Shown one piece after another: positions 23,201 through 37,300 of a stretch of DNA of 64,000 nucleotides. Source of the DNA: Azolla caroliniana (lineage: Eukaryota; Plantae; Polypodiophyta). Under the pieces are notes generated by a model. It did no database searches and was not told where the DNA came from. It saw only the letters and a program-made list of their open reading frames with translations. The DNA is taken from contig JBHGNT010000001.1 in assembly GCA_043228905.1 (NCBI GenBank), positions 2,232,001 to 2,296,000 of the forward strand. Reading direction: 5' to 3'. The stretch's first letter is position 1. Every line of letters begins with the position of its first letter. The translations under genes were made by a program, and so were the position numbers.

Positions 23201-26190
23201 CTAACATGGCAACAAAAAACATTGGGTGATTATCACTCATTTGCTAACAACATTGTTCCAAATCTATGCTATGATGATTCAATCCATGAATGTGTAAGAA
23301 ACAAACAATGATAAACTAATATCAACTAAACCTTTCACATCGGTAGAAGAGAAAATATTTAGCTCTAAAAAGAAAATATAAGTCAATTAGATTGATCTTG
23401 GAGTTTACATTATTAAATGGAATATGATGCATGTAGACAATGGTGTTAACTATGTCAAGTGAAAAGGAAAACACAATTTGGTAGTATTAACCACCTCAAC
23501 CCAAAATAAAGCATGTTCTCCTACGATGCTAACGACCTTTGATCATAAGGAAACATGCAATCCCCCCCCCCCCCCCCCCCCCCACTTGAGCATCCATCAT
23601 GCCATCACAACAATGGGTTGATTCCTGCATTATGCTATTTGTTTTATTGTGGCTATATGGAGTTGTCATCTAGCTCTAAATCCCTTCGAAACTTGCAAAC
23701 TGCTCAAACTAACTTTATCTATATTCTCCTCCTTGTTCAATCTAAAAACATCTAAATCCCACCTCTACCATGCGTTGCCATTGTATAAACTCTCTCTGAG
23801 CCTATACCATCTCTTCTAGGAAACATCCCCACATCATGGTATTGTAATTTGTAACAATTTGTCAGCTATAAGAAGTAAAAGCATTATTTGTCATCATCTT
23901 TTTGCAAAAGCTAAGCATAAATCATCTATATAGGGCACATATATTTCTCTTAGGCTCTTGTGAGAGAGACGTTTGACACTCCTTGTTGACCATATAAACC
24001 TCATAGATCTTGGGCATCATTAGCTCAATTGAAAATAGTTTCACATCCATTATACTCATGCACTTGTTTTTATCTACTATAGCTAAGAGCAATTATGTAC
24101 TACATAATAATTTGAGAATTAGTCTTGAAATCAAATAATGTATATAGTCAGAAGAATAACTTACCATGGAGTCACTGTACACATGTATTTATTTTATCGT
24201 GAAATTCGAAATCAGTTAAATGCAACATATATTCCCCTCACTTTCGTGATGATTGTTAAATATTATACTCCACTAGTTATCAATATAAACCAACCCATCA
24301 TCAAACATGTAAATGGAATGAAAGAATGAGTCATCTCCCAATAAAATGAGGTGAAGAACAAAGTATTGTCCTAACTCTATTAGAATGTATAGCTTTCTGT
24401 CCAATAGATCGATATTGTAATATGTTGTTGGGAAACAATTAGATTTCTATTAGAGGTTAGGAGTGAATTTTCAAGAGCTCATACTTAGCTTCTTGGCCTT
24501 CTCCATCAAGGATTACGAGTACATCAATTAAATGCCCACATTTTGAACATCATCACATTCGTCACTAGCCATGTATTGTGATTTTTCTGGTATTTTTGGT
24601 TGGATTTAAGTTTTAAGTGGAAATTTTTGCTTTCCTATTTGCATCATACTCTAATATATTTAGAGTATAATTTTTTACATTCCTCTTTGGTATACAAATT
24701 TTATCCCTCCTTGAGGGGTTTCCGCGTTAAAATTTGGTGGTGTATTGTGCATAATTTTGTTGTTTTTCTTGGAGAACTTGCATGATAATATTTGTTTCTT
24801 AAAAAGTTGTGAAGTGTTATTGTGAATCCCGATAATGTCGATCTTTTCAATCCATCTTCGAAAGCAAACCACCCACCATTGCTGACCAAAGAAACACATT
24901 TGCATAGAATGGAAGGCGAAAAACATGATGAAACCATTATATACAATGGGTACTATGTTAAATATGGGAATTAGACTAATAGTAATAGTAATAGCCAATC
25001 TCTATCTTCAATCAACTTATGACATATATCATTGGTGTGCACCACTAGCATTGATTTCTTACCATCAAATTATCAATATTTCCACAAATCCTCTACCATC
25101 AGTTTAAAAGTAGGGGCCACAAGAATAGGCATTGCAACTACTAATTACCAAATATAATCATATCCATGAGGTAAATAAAACCTAGTGGACATTGACCTAA
25201 AGGCCATGATCAACACGCATAACTCTAAAACTAGCATTTTGCATTATTACCAAGCCAAGCTTGGCTATACAATTAAACTCAATCTTTAAAAAGAGAGACT
25301 TCCATTTCCGCACCAGGCAGTTTGAATGTAGCATCAAATATTGGTTCATCGTACCTAACTTGTTGATTGCATTTCACTCTCCGCACGCCACCATGCACTT
25401 TAGACAAACACTCAAAATGAGCAAGAAGGATTTCACTAATCATGTTGGAGGGAACCCTAATCCAAATTTCCATGGTAGCTCTTTGGCTTCTCAACACCAA
25501 CTTTTACCCATTACCAATGGACAATCCTTGGCTATATTCGTCCAAAACATCTCAAACACCATTGTTTGTCTCCTATTGGCATGGTAAAATCAAAGTCAAG
25601 CTATTTACCTAAAATTAGGCTACACCAATCATAGTAATTGACCAAGAATAGGTTTTTGGTTGGGGTTAGTCCACTATAGAGGCCATTTAACTTGATCGGA
25701 TTTTCTCTCTTTACATGAGCAATTTCTCAACTTGGGAATCTTCGACTTGTCAAATCAATTTGAATCACAATGGAATCAATCCAATGAACAACCTTGATTC
25801 CTATTTAGACAAATATACACACATTAATTCTCACATATCCTCACTTCCATTCCTATCATGTCCATTGAAATAATTAATGCTTTGCCACATGTCTTTTATA
25901 ATGTCATGCCAATATTTCTGGTGTGCATGTGTTACTTTGAATGTCCAACTTTGTTGAATGTTAATATAACATCAAGAAATCGAAAGAATTTCTTTCAAGT
26001 TACTTTTTTCATGAAAAATGAAGCCTTGATTTGATTAAGTGCTACACAATAATAAAACAATGAAGAACAAATGAGTTTTTACATCATTTCTTGCGCCAAG
26101 CAAAATTTTAGGAGAACACACAACTTTGTGTTGGTGTTCATACATATTACTCATCTTTTGTTTTGCAACATGCAAGTCATCAACATCTTG

Positions 26191-26760
26191 TTTTTTTTTT
26201 TCCAAAAAAAACACTACTTCCGATTAGTTAGCAAAAGAAGTACATCAAAGATCAGCCATAATCAAAACAACATAATCCCCACCCTACTATTTACAACAAA
26301 AGTATCCCGCTAACACTTTGTACATGGTGACCACATATTTACAACTCCTATCCATTCATGGAAGTCAATGGCGGAAACAACCATCTCGATGCTTGGTAGT
26401 TCCATTTAGGCCCTAATGCTGAATTTACCATCATAGGAGAACGACCCCATTTCAACAAAAACTTCGACCGAGCCCTTACTGCTACATATGAGTTCCCTTC
26501 AATCGAGTTGTATTGTCCGTGCAGCCAAGATACCAGCTCGAACCAAATGTTTAGCAACACCTCGCCGCTTGGGAGTTTTCGTTGCTGAAAAACAAACAAA
26601 CATCGTTTGGTCCAAATGTGCCAGACCAAGAAGCATGCCACCAACACCATATCTCCTCAAAAAAACTAGAGTTTGTACCAGGTTCCACTCCAACACATTT
26701 GATATACACTGCCGCCCTGCACTATAAAACCATGACCATGTGGATTTAGATGTTTCGCCC
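26191..26760 (-). mobile_element. L1-type LINE 3' fragment with poly(A) tail
   Basis: Poly-T at 26191-26201; LVWHIWTKRCLFVF..NIWFELVSWLHGQY matches the ORF2 C-terminus of A and B. No TSD recognised. Confidence 0.75.
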
Positions 26761-28163
26761 AACCTTCCTTAGTTAGTTTCAAACCCTATAAGGACCCCCA
26801 CACAACTCTCCCATTTACACCGCATGCTACCACTATCTTGAGACTTCGATCCCAAATGTTGATTGTTAGTGAGATCCACTAAAAAGAATTTCATAATTTG
26901 ATGTTGGAAGTCAAGTGTACTGTGTGGGGAAATCATAATTCGACGAACCCTACCTATTCCATATTCTTGTTTTATTAATTGGAAATAGCATCTTAAAGCT
27001 AAAATGTAGCGAATAAGATGCTTGAACCAAAAGATGATACAAACATTGACATATTACTAAGTAGTGATGAAGTGATATCGTAATATAGTTGTTTCTATGT
27101 GCATCTATTGTGCTCTTAAATTATGATACATCTTAAAGACATAATTGATTGATTGAAAATATTCACGTTGTTATTCAACAATAAAGGAATTGATAGACTT
27201 TCATAATAAGATTCGGTTGTCCTTTATTGCGGAAAAGTAGGTAATTGACTACACACAAATCATTATACATGACGACCCAAAATCTCGTGCCTACCATTAT
27301 CACGATTCACATATATGTGCAAGGTGTTGAAACATTGGCACGTTTATTTCCATGGCCTCAATATATTTTATCTAGACCCAATTGTGTTGTTGCACCCTGC
27401 ATTTTCGTCTTCTTCTTTATCATTTAATGACAAGAAGAAAGGGTGAACAATTGCTAATAAAAAAAAATGGATAGCATTTGTGTTACATATGTAAGATGTA
27501 ACGATAGACAACAATGTCCTACCCTTCTTAAGTGAAAATTCAATTATGTTATTTTGAATAATAAAAGAAACTAAAGAAAGTTTGTAACATATGTTTCCAT
27601 TGAGAAGAATATGATTAGGGGAATATAAAATACATGTAAACGACTTACTTAGTCTTATGTTGTTACATTCTTTTGCCATGAATATCTTCATCGTCACAAT
27701 AGGAGCACTATGCTATGTTCGATAACGTTCTTTTCATGTCCTTGTCTTGATTAGGTGGCTTCTTTTCATGTTGTTTATAAATCAATATCAATAGGAGTGT
27801 GTTCACTTGGTATTGGTTATACGTATACTTCTAACCAAATTAGCTTGGCCTCAAATTATCTAAATATAGATGCCTTCGAGATTACTACCCAATCAATATT
27901 ATGGAGTTCCTTAAAGAGATAATATTACCCTTAGGTTCCTCACATTGTTCTTGATCTTACACAATAGCTTCAACAATTGTTCTACTCATTGCAATGTAGA
28001 GCAACTTCGTGAAGAAATTTGCATGGTTGTCGCTTGTTGGACAATATTCTAGCTCAATAGTTGAGAACTTGTTGTGTTGCCAAGTATGCGCAAGCTCCTC
28101 TTCCCCTGGGAGCATCCAACTCCTAAGAAACCGATTGAATCCACATTAACTTGCATCTCGAGT

Positions 28164-28400
28164 ACAAAGAACATGTTGATGGTCAAAGGTGACTATTGGC
28201 GAATGCCTTGGTTGGGGCTGATAGTCTAAGCCTAACACCTAGGTTGTCTCTCCCTCTCCTCCCCCCTCTCTCTCACCCCATTTGTTTGATACAAGAACAT
28301 GTTGATGGTCAAAGGTGTTGGTTGGTCAAGGCCTAGGTTGGAGGTGATAGTCTAAGCCTAACACTTAGGTTGTCTCTCCCTCTCCCCCCCTCTCTCTCTC
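28164..28400. repeat. Tandem duplication, period ~125 bp
   Basis: AAGAACATGTTGATGGTCAAAGGTG...GATAGTCTAAGCCTAACAC.TAGGTTGTCTCTCCCTCTCC occurs twice. Confidence 0.85.
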
Positions 28401-28989
28401 AAGAGAAAATCCAAAAATGTTCTTACGTAGACAATTCGGGGTAAAATCCTAAACATCCTATACTATCATGCTATTAGAAACGAGTGCTCAACCCATAAAG
28501 GTACTAGCCATGCAAAGAGTATACAAGTATATCAAAAGTTAAGAATATGCATGATCATAGACTGCCCAAACAAGCTAGGAACATAGGATGCAAGCTACAA
28601 AAAACTAATAAGAGCAAAATCCTCTCATGTGGTTATGTGTTTGACATTATACTAAGAGATGAAGAGTAAAAGATCTATTGGAGCTCTTAGGTGATGTTAT
28701 GAAGTATATGATCATCGAGGAAGGTCCCCAAATGATATAATACAAAGCGTTATATGAGATGTTGCATTCTTCCCTCTTAAAAATAGAAGTCGAGACATGT
28801 GAAGTTCAAAACCCATGTTATACATCACTCCTCAAACGAAAGACAAATTGACAAACTTTCATCGAGAACACATGTGTGTGATGTAGGATGGTGAAAAAGT
28901 TGCAGTGCAGTTGGCATTTGGACCCAAGGTGTTCATTTATAGGGTGATTATCGGGGCTTGAAAGAACAGATGAGAGTGCTACTTATTAT

Positions 28990-29145
28990 ATATTTGAAAG
29001 AGTTAGTATTGGCTAGTGGTATCCCTCAGTATAGTTGGAAAGAGTTTGAAAATATCGAAAATTGTTTGCTTAGAGAGTTTCTCCAAGTAAAAAACAACGA
29101 CTATATACCCTCACTTCCCATTGAGATCATGACTATATTTCTATT
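28990..29145 (+). mobile_element. Degenerate fragment of the APE/RT LINE family seen at 44836 and 52380
   Basis: SGIPQYSWKEFENIENCLLREFLQVK is similar to the segments near 46010-46070 and 54440-54520. Confidence 0.6.
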
Positions 29146-30339
29146 ACGAGAGAGAGGAAAGTGAGTGAGAGAGAGAGGAAAGTGAGTGAGAGAGAGAGAG
29201 AGAAGGTGACTATAAGTGCTAATCACTAAGGTTAACTAAGCTAGTGGCTTAAGAGTGCTCAACAACTACTCTTGCTCGGTTCCCTACTAATAAAGTATAC
29301 GTTGGTCCAGATACAATGCACAACAATATTGGCAGAAGGCATAACTTCTAGAAATTTCACGAAATTGAAAATGATATGTGTCACTTATTTATTGATTACA
29401 ATAAATTTGCAACAATGGAAGTGTGAGATAGCACAATTAGGCAGTGGGCACCTTGCCAACATACTGTTGCAACTTGCATGTATGTTTATATTTCTTAATT
29501 GAGAATCAAATGGCACACTTCACACATTCCCTAATAACAATCAATCACTTGTCCCTTCTTTGAGAGTACAATGTAGCATTACACCAATCTTTAAGTTCCT
29601 TAACAAGAATCACATTGCCCAATGCCAACTTTAGGTGTTCCCTAATAACGATTGTTTGTTCCTCTTATAAAAATAAATGATGAAGAGTTATCAAGGTATA
29701 TTTGATACCAAAGCTCTATGAGCATTTATAATAAAGAAAAATATAATCATGAACATCCGTACCAAACAATTAATTATTATATACACTTGATATTAGTGAT
29801 GATTATGGTGTGCGGCTTTGTATACTTGCATTCAGAACATGTCTATTCTCGTGCTTCCTATTTCTAGATATATTTCTTGTGAAATCTCCTATTTCGTGGA
29901 ATCACAATGCTTTAAATTTAATTGATCATTAAAATCAAATATAAACAAGACTTATTTTTGTTGTCTTCTCTTAGATCGTGGAATCCCTCCCAAGTTGTTT
30001 GGGAATTTCACATGAGAATTCAATTGATGGTAATCAAATACAAAGGATCTCTAGTCCTAGGTAATAGCCAACACAATGTGGGGTGGAACATGACTTCGAG
30101 GTAGTTCCACATCTAACTTCCATTTTCAAGCCATTGTATCGTGTAATGTCAAAGTAACATGGAAGCCATTGTCTCATCCGACTCTCATATGAGTGTCATT
30201 GTATCTTGTAAGTGTATCTTCCCTTTGCAAGCCAATGTATCGTGAAAGTTGACACACTTGAAGGAAAATGGACAAAGTTTTAAAAGTTCATCTCCTTGGT
30301 TTGAACCAATCCTTTTCATTAAAAAGAATGATAATGCTC

Positions 30340-30520
30340 TCTGTATTTTTGTCTATGGATTATTTCAACTTAAACAACCAATTGCTCAACACTAAGTATC
30401 CATTTCCGCGAATCAAAGATGTTTTTGATCATGTACAAGTGGAAACTTATCTTGCGAAGATAGCTCATACCCTAATAGATGATAAAATGACATTTCAAAC
30501 TTATTTTTGTCATTTCATAA
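30340..30520 (+). mobile_element. Ty3/Gypsy reverse transcriptase remnant
   Basis: MDYFNLNNQLLNTKYPFPRIKDVFDHVQ..YLAKI resembles the Gypsy consensus DYRxLNxxTxKxxYPLPRIDDLFDxL..YFSKI. Confidence 0.7.
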
Positions 30521-31807
30521 TTTCAAGCATAGCTTTCACCTATGCAACTCACAAGGTAAATACTATGTAGTATTTAATGTACTAAGTAGGGCCAGTTTGG
30601 TTAATGTATCACGAAATCAAATGTCAAAAACTCTTCAATTTCTACTGACTTAATGCCAAATATTCTAACATTGGGCACAATCCATGTGGATGATAAAACT
30701 TTAATGCCCTACAATATGATTATGCTTCGATAGAATATTTATATACGTTCTGGCTAGAATGAAGCAACGTAATACAACTATTTAAAGAGTATCATAATAT
30801 GCCTAGTGTGTGGACCACCAGGATATATGGCAAAACTATAGCTTCAGCCTTCATTCAAATACTTTTGATTGGTTTAGCATGTTGAAGGATATAAAAATCT
30901 ATATCTTAAAAATGTTGAAAGTTTTAAATAACTTTAGTAGAATAGCTGAAGTTGGTTGGCTACTAACACTTGCTAGAAATTATGGGGGTTTGCATTTAAA
31001 TTCTGAGCATATCCATGCACTCATTTATGATATTGGGTATGTCTATACAAAAACAATGATTTAGGGATAATCTTTATCAATTATATGCCTTGCCATCAAC
31101 AATACTCGTCGATAGAGATCTTATGTTTATGAAATTTTGTGTGTGACGTTTTTATATAATGAAGAGAATACCCATGAAGTCCCCATGACCCCCACACATA
31201 TGACACCTTAACCAATAGAGCATCATTGTTCACATGAATATTTATGACATTTCACATACATTCATGCCAACACCATCGACATGTGCAACACCTTCGGCAT
31301 ATGCATGATCTCCAAATTATATGCATGCATGTAGCCAAGTGGCAGGCATACATGACGGCCGAGTTGTGACCATGCATAACACCATAACACTATATATATA
31401 AAAAGAAGGAATTATTTTGTCATAATCATTCTGGTTCAATGTTAATCTTCGACACATTCTTTGTAAATCGCGTCCTTGTTCATGATACAAATTCCATATT
31501 TTTCGTTCCTTCTTAATCTCTTTTCCAATTTATTTAGTACTAAATTTTGTTTCAACCCTTGATACCCTTCTTTGCCTATGTATAGGGTTTTCAACCAAGA
31601 TAGTCCATTGTGGCTTGTTTACATATGCGGATTTTTTTTTGAAGAGTTTTTTGACATGCTACAATTTGCTCGTGACAATTTTTAAGAGGGCACAAGGCAG
31701 ATCATAAAAAACATTCATGAGTACAACGTACAATTTGAAAAGTTGGGTTTGTGGCATATTCTTGAGTTCATCATGTCGTTGACGCAAGCAGTTTTTGAAA
31801 GAAAAGT

Positions 31808-32032
31808 CATGGAATTCTACTAGAAGATGTCTTCAAAAATATTAAAGAACTACCAACAATTCATAATGAACCAAAAACATAATTTCCAGAATTATCCACA
31901 ATCCATAATGAGCCAAAAACATGGAATTCTACTAGAAGATGTCTTCAAAAATATTAAAGAACTACCAACAATTCATAATGAACCAAAAACATAATTTCCA
32001 GAATTACCCACAATCCATAATGAGCCAAAAAC
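31808..32032. repeat. Near-perfect 112-bp tandem duplication
   Basis: Copies start at 31808 and 31920; one substitution seen (AATTATCCA vs AATTACCCA). Confidence 0.92.
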
Positions 32033-34399
32033 GTAAGTTTTAGACATTTTAAACATTTTGTTCCTATCCATGATTTCAAGGAATGTCAATTGTCTTCAGG
32101 ATGGTAGTACATGGGAGTATATTACATGTTGCATAAATACATTATACAACTCTACTTTATCTTTTGATGAAAACTCTTCTCCAAGATAAAGGCAATTAAG
32201 CAAATTCGCCAAGAAAGCAAACAATGATTCCATGTGAGCATTGTATGTTATATTAGTCGTGCTTAGAAGATGACTCTCATCTACTTTTTGTAAAGACCTT
32301 CTTACAATAGAGATATTTGGCCCGATTTGCATTTTGAGGATGTTTAGGCACGTTGTCCTGGGCACCAAGTTGTACTTCATATGATTCATCATGCCCTTAT
32401 GTAGATTGGTATGAAGACATTATGCATGAAACAATTGACTTTTTACATTCCATACTATACTCTTTAGACTCCAAACTTTATTAGACATCAATTGATATCT
32501 CACAGAATGTGTAAACATGATGCTTTACAACCTTCTAGTTTTGGGATTCAATCTTAAGTGACAGTTTTGATATTGGGTTTACAACATTGACACTAACACA
32601 TTTTCCAACGGACAAAGAGTATGTATAATATCGTTGTCCTTTTAAAGGAGATGTTAACAAAGTCTTTTTAGTTGATTCTCCAATAGAATAACCTCCCAAC
32701 ATGATTGTCCTCGAGAAAAATTAGGAGCTCATAGTCCCTAGACTTCAACTTGCTTTACAAGCAACATCACCATGGAAGAATCGATTGAACAAGACATGAG
32801 AGCCAATGCATTAACAAACTGGAGGGCAAAGAATCAATTGAACTTTCAAAATGCAAAGAACATTGTGAAGCTGAGATTGAGATGGAAAGGATACTACATT
32901 GTCAATGAAGATATAGGCTTGAATTCATCTTCATCCAAAATTTGGATGACCCTCTAAATTCGTCGTGGGGTCAATTGTCATCGACTATGGAAATTTGGAG
33001 CATGTCTAAAAGGCAAGTTGACCCCTTTGGAATGAATATTCTGTCAAGGAAATACAAGAGCAATTATGCACAAAACCTTGCATAACATATATTTGGAAGA
33101 GATACATGGGGGTCAACCAATGCTAGGAGGAAGCACGAAAAAAGTAATCATAACCATACCTTTTGTGATGTACTCACATTAGGAAATGTGAAACAACTCA
33201 ATCAAAATGGTAGACTTCCACACATGGACAATATGTGATTAAGGTAGAAGATAAATTGATAATAGCATTAGATAGAAAAACAAAGAAAAATTGTTGAGAA
33301 GAAGTGACACATCGATTAAATGATATCATGCAATTTGAGAATAGATCATGGGAAGAAGGTACGTATCTCATCTATTGGGAGTTTTGGGTTCCCATTTAAT
33401 GAAGAAAGTATGCTACACAAGCTATTTCGTAAGTTTAAATAGATTGAAGCATATATGTTCAAGGTTATTCCAAATTGTTTCAATAAAGCTATGTTCTTTG
33501 GGAATGTTTGCATTTTCTTAAATTATGCATGAAGGCAACTGAGAATACAAAGAAAAGGCAACAAGCACAAACAAAATAAAGGGAGAAATACAACCAAAGA
33601 CAATGGGGTCAAACTATGAGTCACAAGGTTTGCTTCTAGATTTTGAACAAACATTTTGAATCGAGAGTTTGGTTCAAATATGAATATGATTTCCTAGTAA
33701 AATATTGGAAGTGTTAAGATTGACTACATTTGAATCAATCTCGCAAATATTTATAACCAATTGCATTCGTAAGACTAAAATAGATCAAATACCTGCAAAG
33801 AGGCTTCAATGAAATATTACGATTTTGCAAACCTGCCAAACATAACCTCAGGATTGATTACGATTTACTTAAGCCCTTACAATTCCATGGATTATTAGGT
33901 CAATTCATTTTGGATTTTGTAGTTTTATTTACTCTACAATCTGTTATTCCCAATATCTCAAAGAATATACAAGAAAAGTGTACATGAGCTTTTTTTTTCC
34001 TGTCTAGGAGGGTCATGTTGCTATTAATATGCAATGAAACATTGTTCAACATTGCATATATGAATCAGACGACATGGATGAATTGCCAATGAGTGGTTTG
34101 AAGTGGAGTTGTCGCAAAACATCCAAGACATGAAGGCATGTCTTTTTACTTTACTTGGGTATTGCCTTCTCCTCCAGTGTTCAAGCCCTTTCACACGTCC
34201 GCAAGGAAGTCCGGATGGGATATGGCGCCATTGAAAACAACTAAATATCCCAAGAGGACTTTCATCGGAACCAAGAGAGGCGTTTACATTCCATAAATGG
34301 GTACTTCTTGTCATTATGCAGCTTAATGATGGAGAAATATAATTTGTTTTGTCTTTTCTTTAATCGGTTTTAAGAAAACATTCCATTGAGCACTTCTTT

Positions 34400-37103
34400 T
34401 TATCCAATTTCATCTGCAGGAGACTGATCAAATACAGATCGTGGCGTGAATGAAGTTGTGGATCTATGAAAGTTGCTGTGTGCAGATGTATTTCTTTCCT
34501 TGGGATGATGATATTTGCACTGTGAACCATATTTGCACTCTCCAGTTCTCATGTAGTATTGGCATTCAGGTTGCCCCGGCCTCTCTGGGTATAGTATATC
34601 ATCGTGGGGCGCATTAGGGGGGATTGGAAACCTCATGGATCCCGACCCTGCTACAAGAGGTGGAGGGAATACACCGATGGCCACATGCTCTTGTGGAGTC
34701 GGGCTATAAATATAACTTCCCTGCGGCATTGCTTGTTGTTGTCCGTCTTGTATTGCAAATGGAACCTAGAGGAAGAAAGAATTTTATATGCATAAATAAA
34801 AGAAACAGCATTATATGTATCATTATATATATGAACTTAGAGCAAATTGTGTATACTATCTAGAACAGGTACATACATGCATATCAAATATGTATGCCAC
34901 ATGTGCGTACATATTTCATATTTTTCTGTATGCATGCATGCATGTATATGTATTTGTGTATATACATATGTATGTATGATTATTGTTTGCAGACTCTGTA
35001 ATGATGATTTGGTGATCATTGAAACTTGCTTTATGCTGGATTATAACATCGAAATTGTTGGTAGAAGCATTAGTGAATGAGCTTACCTGATAAGGATTCC
35101 ATGAGGGCATGGGGACATGGGGCGGCGGAAAAAGGAAGGGAGTAAAGTTCGAGGGACCAGAAAGGCGGGGGGGCGGGAAAAATGAAGGCCTTGTTGACAT
35201 AGGCCAGCCCGATATACTCGAATACAGATGAGGGATTTGAGTTGGAATGATGGTTGTCGACCCGGACACTGGCACTGGCATTGGCAAAGGATGATTGAAC
35301 TTGCATGTTGTTCCGTATTTGCAGCTCCCTGTTCTTAAGTAGTATGCACAATCCTTCTCATCCTTCAGTTTTCAGAGTTCGCACAACATTCAGAGTCCAC
35401 GGAAAAAGAAAACAAAAATGATGAGCTTCAATCAATTTTATAACTTTATTTCTTCATGTTCTTGCTTTCTCATATTTTTGTTTGTGAAGCAAACTTTGGG
35501 GGGGTCATTTACCGGCCTCATGGGTAGGTTAAGAGCATTAAGTTGAGGTCCCCCAGTGGTTCCTGCCTTGTCAGGTGGATGATGGTATTTACATGATGCG
35601 CCAAATTTGCAGGTACCCGTTTTCAGGTAATACTACATAAACAATGCATAGGTCATTTTGATTTTGAACTTACCCATACAGATTTCTGAATGTATCGAGT
35701 TCGGACAAAATGAACAAACTCTACATGTAAACGCAACCACTTACCTGACATTCTGGTTGTCCTTGTCTCTCTGGATATTCCCCTCTCCCATGATTTGCCA
35801 CAAACTGCAGAGTATGTACTCTCTCTTTCAATCATCTCTCAACAGAAATATGCACATACACACAACATCCATACATACAAATGTACATGCATACTTATAT
35901 GCATATAAGCATGTATAGAAGTACATACAATCTTTGTTGATCATGTCCTTACACATACATGCATGCGTGCATGCAAGAATAATGTAGGCTCACATATTTC
36001 CTGTAAGTGTGCAAATGTTCCAAGTTTTGGAGTGGAAAACAGCAAAGCAAAACATGGACAAATAGCAAGTATATTAAGAAATATCCAGAATCCAAACACA
36101 CAACACATGAAGTAGGCACTTACAACCCACCACCAGATATATGTGTTGAAATTGGGATACTCTGGTCCTATGAAGACATATATGTTGCGCATGTGTGCGA
36201 TACACTACACGCAAGCACGCACATACATACATACTTCTACTATATACACTTACATGTAGAAGACGACCGGGAGGATGGTTAAATTTACAATTTGCACCAA
36301 AACCACAAGCTCCAGTTCGCATGTAAAATGTGCAATCGGGCTCCCCAGGGCGCTCTGGATAATATATTCGGGGCTCCATAGAGGAACCTTCAGATGGTCC
36401 ATTAAGAGACATCATCCACATTGTCTCTACATATAATTCACAAATAAATCCTTCAAAATCACTCCAAAAGCCCAAAATAATTAAGAGTTTTAAATGCTTT
36501 TGGCAGAACCCAAAATGTGTATGATTATGTTAACACAAAAAATGCTTGAATTCCTTTAATAAGAACCCAAATTTAGCATATATATAGATAGATGGGAACC
36601 CATTAAAAATGAGCATGATATGCTAGCACAAAATATCCTTCAAAATAGAGATCCCAATCCCATGGTTGATATCCAGATATCGGGAATGAAGATCTAATGG
36701 TTGGGATCTTCTCTTGAGTAATAATTACACGAAATCCAAATCCACTTCTATTAAGACAGTACTTCATCAAAGAATGTCTTATGGCCACTTGTTCAAGTCT
36801 TGGGTCAGGATCAAGGTTAAACGTCAGTCTCAGACTCAGGTACAGGGTTAAGGCCATGGTCAGCAGTTGCTTTTAAGGGTTATGGTTAGGGTTTAAGGTT
36901 AGGGGTAGGGGTAGTTGCAGGTTTAGAATGTTAGGGTTAGGTTTGTTTTTTGTTTTACCTTCTAATCCAGTCCCTGTGGTGGGAACAGGCGATATTTGCA
37001 GAGGCCATTGCTGTTGTTGAAGAGGAATTAAAGGAACAGAGGCTGAAGAAGAAGAATCATTGACGTTGGGGGGATATGGACTAGTAGAGGTCATAAATTC
37101 CAT
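34400..37103 (-). CDS. Tandem CCCH zinc-finger protein (ZFN/C3H type with YPERP lead-in); exons 37103-36959, 36426-36254, 35804-35745, 35632-35513, 35362-35087, 34765-34400 (~379 aa)
   Basis: Four C-x8-C-x5-C-x3-H fingers ([22 protein letters not shown]|[58 protein letters not shown]). All introns are GT..AG with consistent phases, and the family motif GLE|ETMW is restored across intron 1. Confidence 0.92.
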
Positions 37104-37256
37104 GTTGAGACATGGAATTAGGGCTTTAAGAAAGACATGGAACAAAAGAAACAACAATAAAGTGGGTTGGATTGCAGCCGCCGATTCAGTAGAGGGGGGG
37201 AAAAGATTGGAGCTTATGGGCTATGGTGGAGATGGAGGTTTCTGCGAACAGAATAA

Positions 37257-37300
<44 letters not shown>

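Noticed and set aside
23562-23583. Long poly-C tracts (also 20516-20532)
   Set aside because: Simple homopolymers with unreliable assembled length and no supporting context.
25130-25660. Possible LINE ORF1 remnant (MEIWIRVP)
   Set aside because: One weak motif only.
30128-30245. CRISPR-like appearance of short repeats with spacers
   Set aside because: Repeats are only ~13 bp and degenerate, the context is eukaryotic, and there are no cas genes. Kept only as a low-interest repeat.
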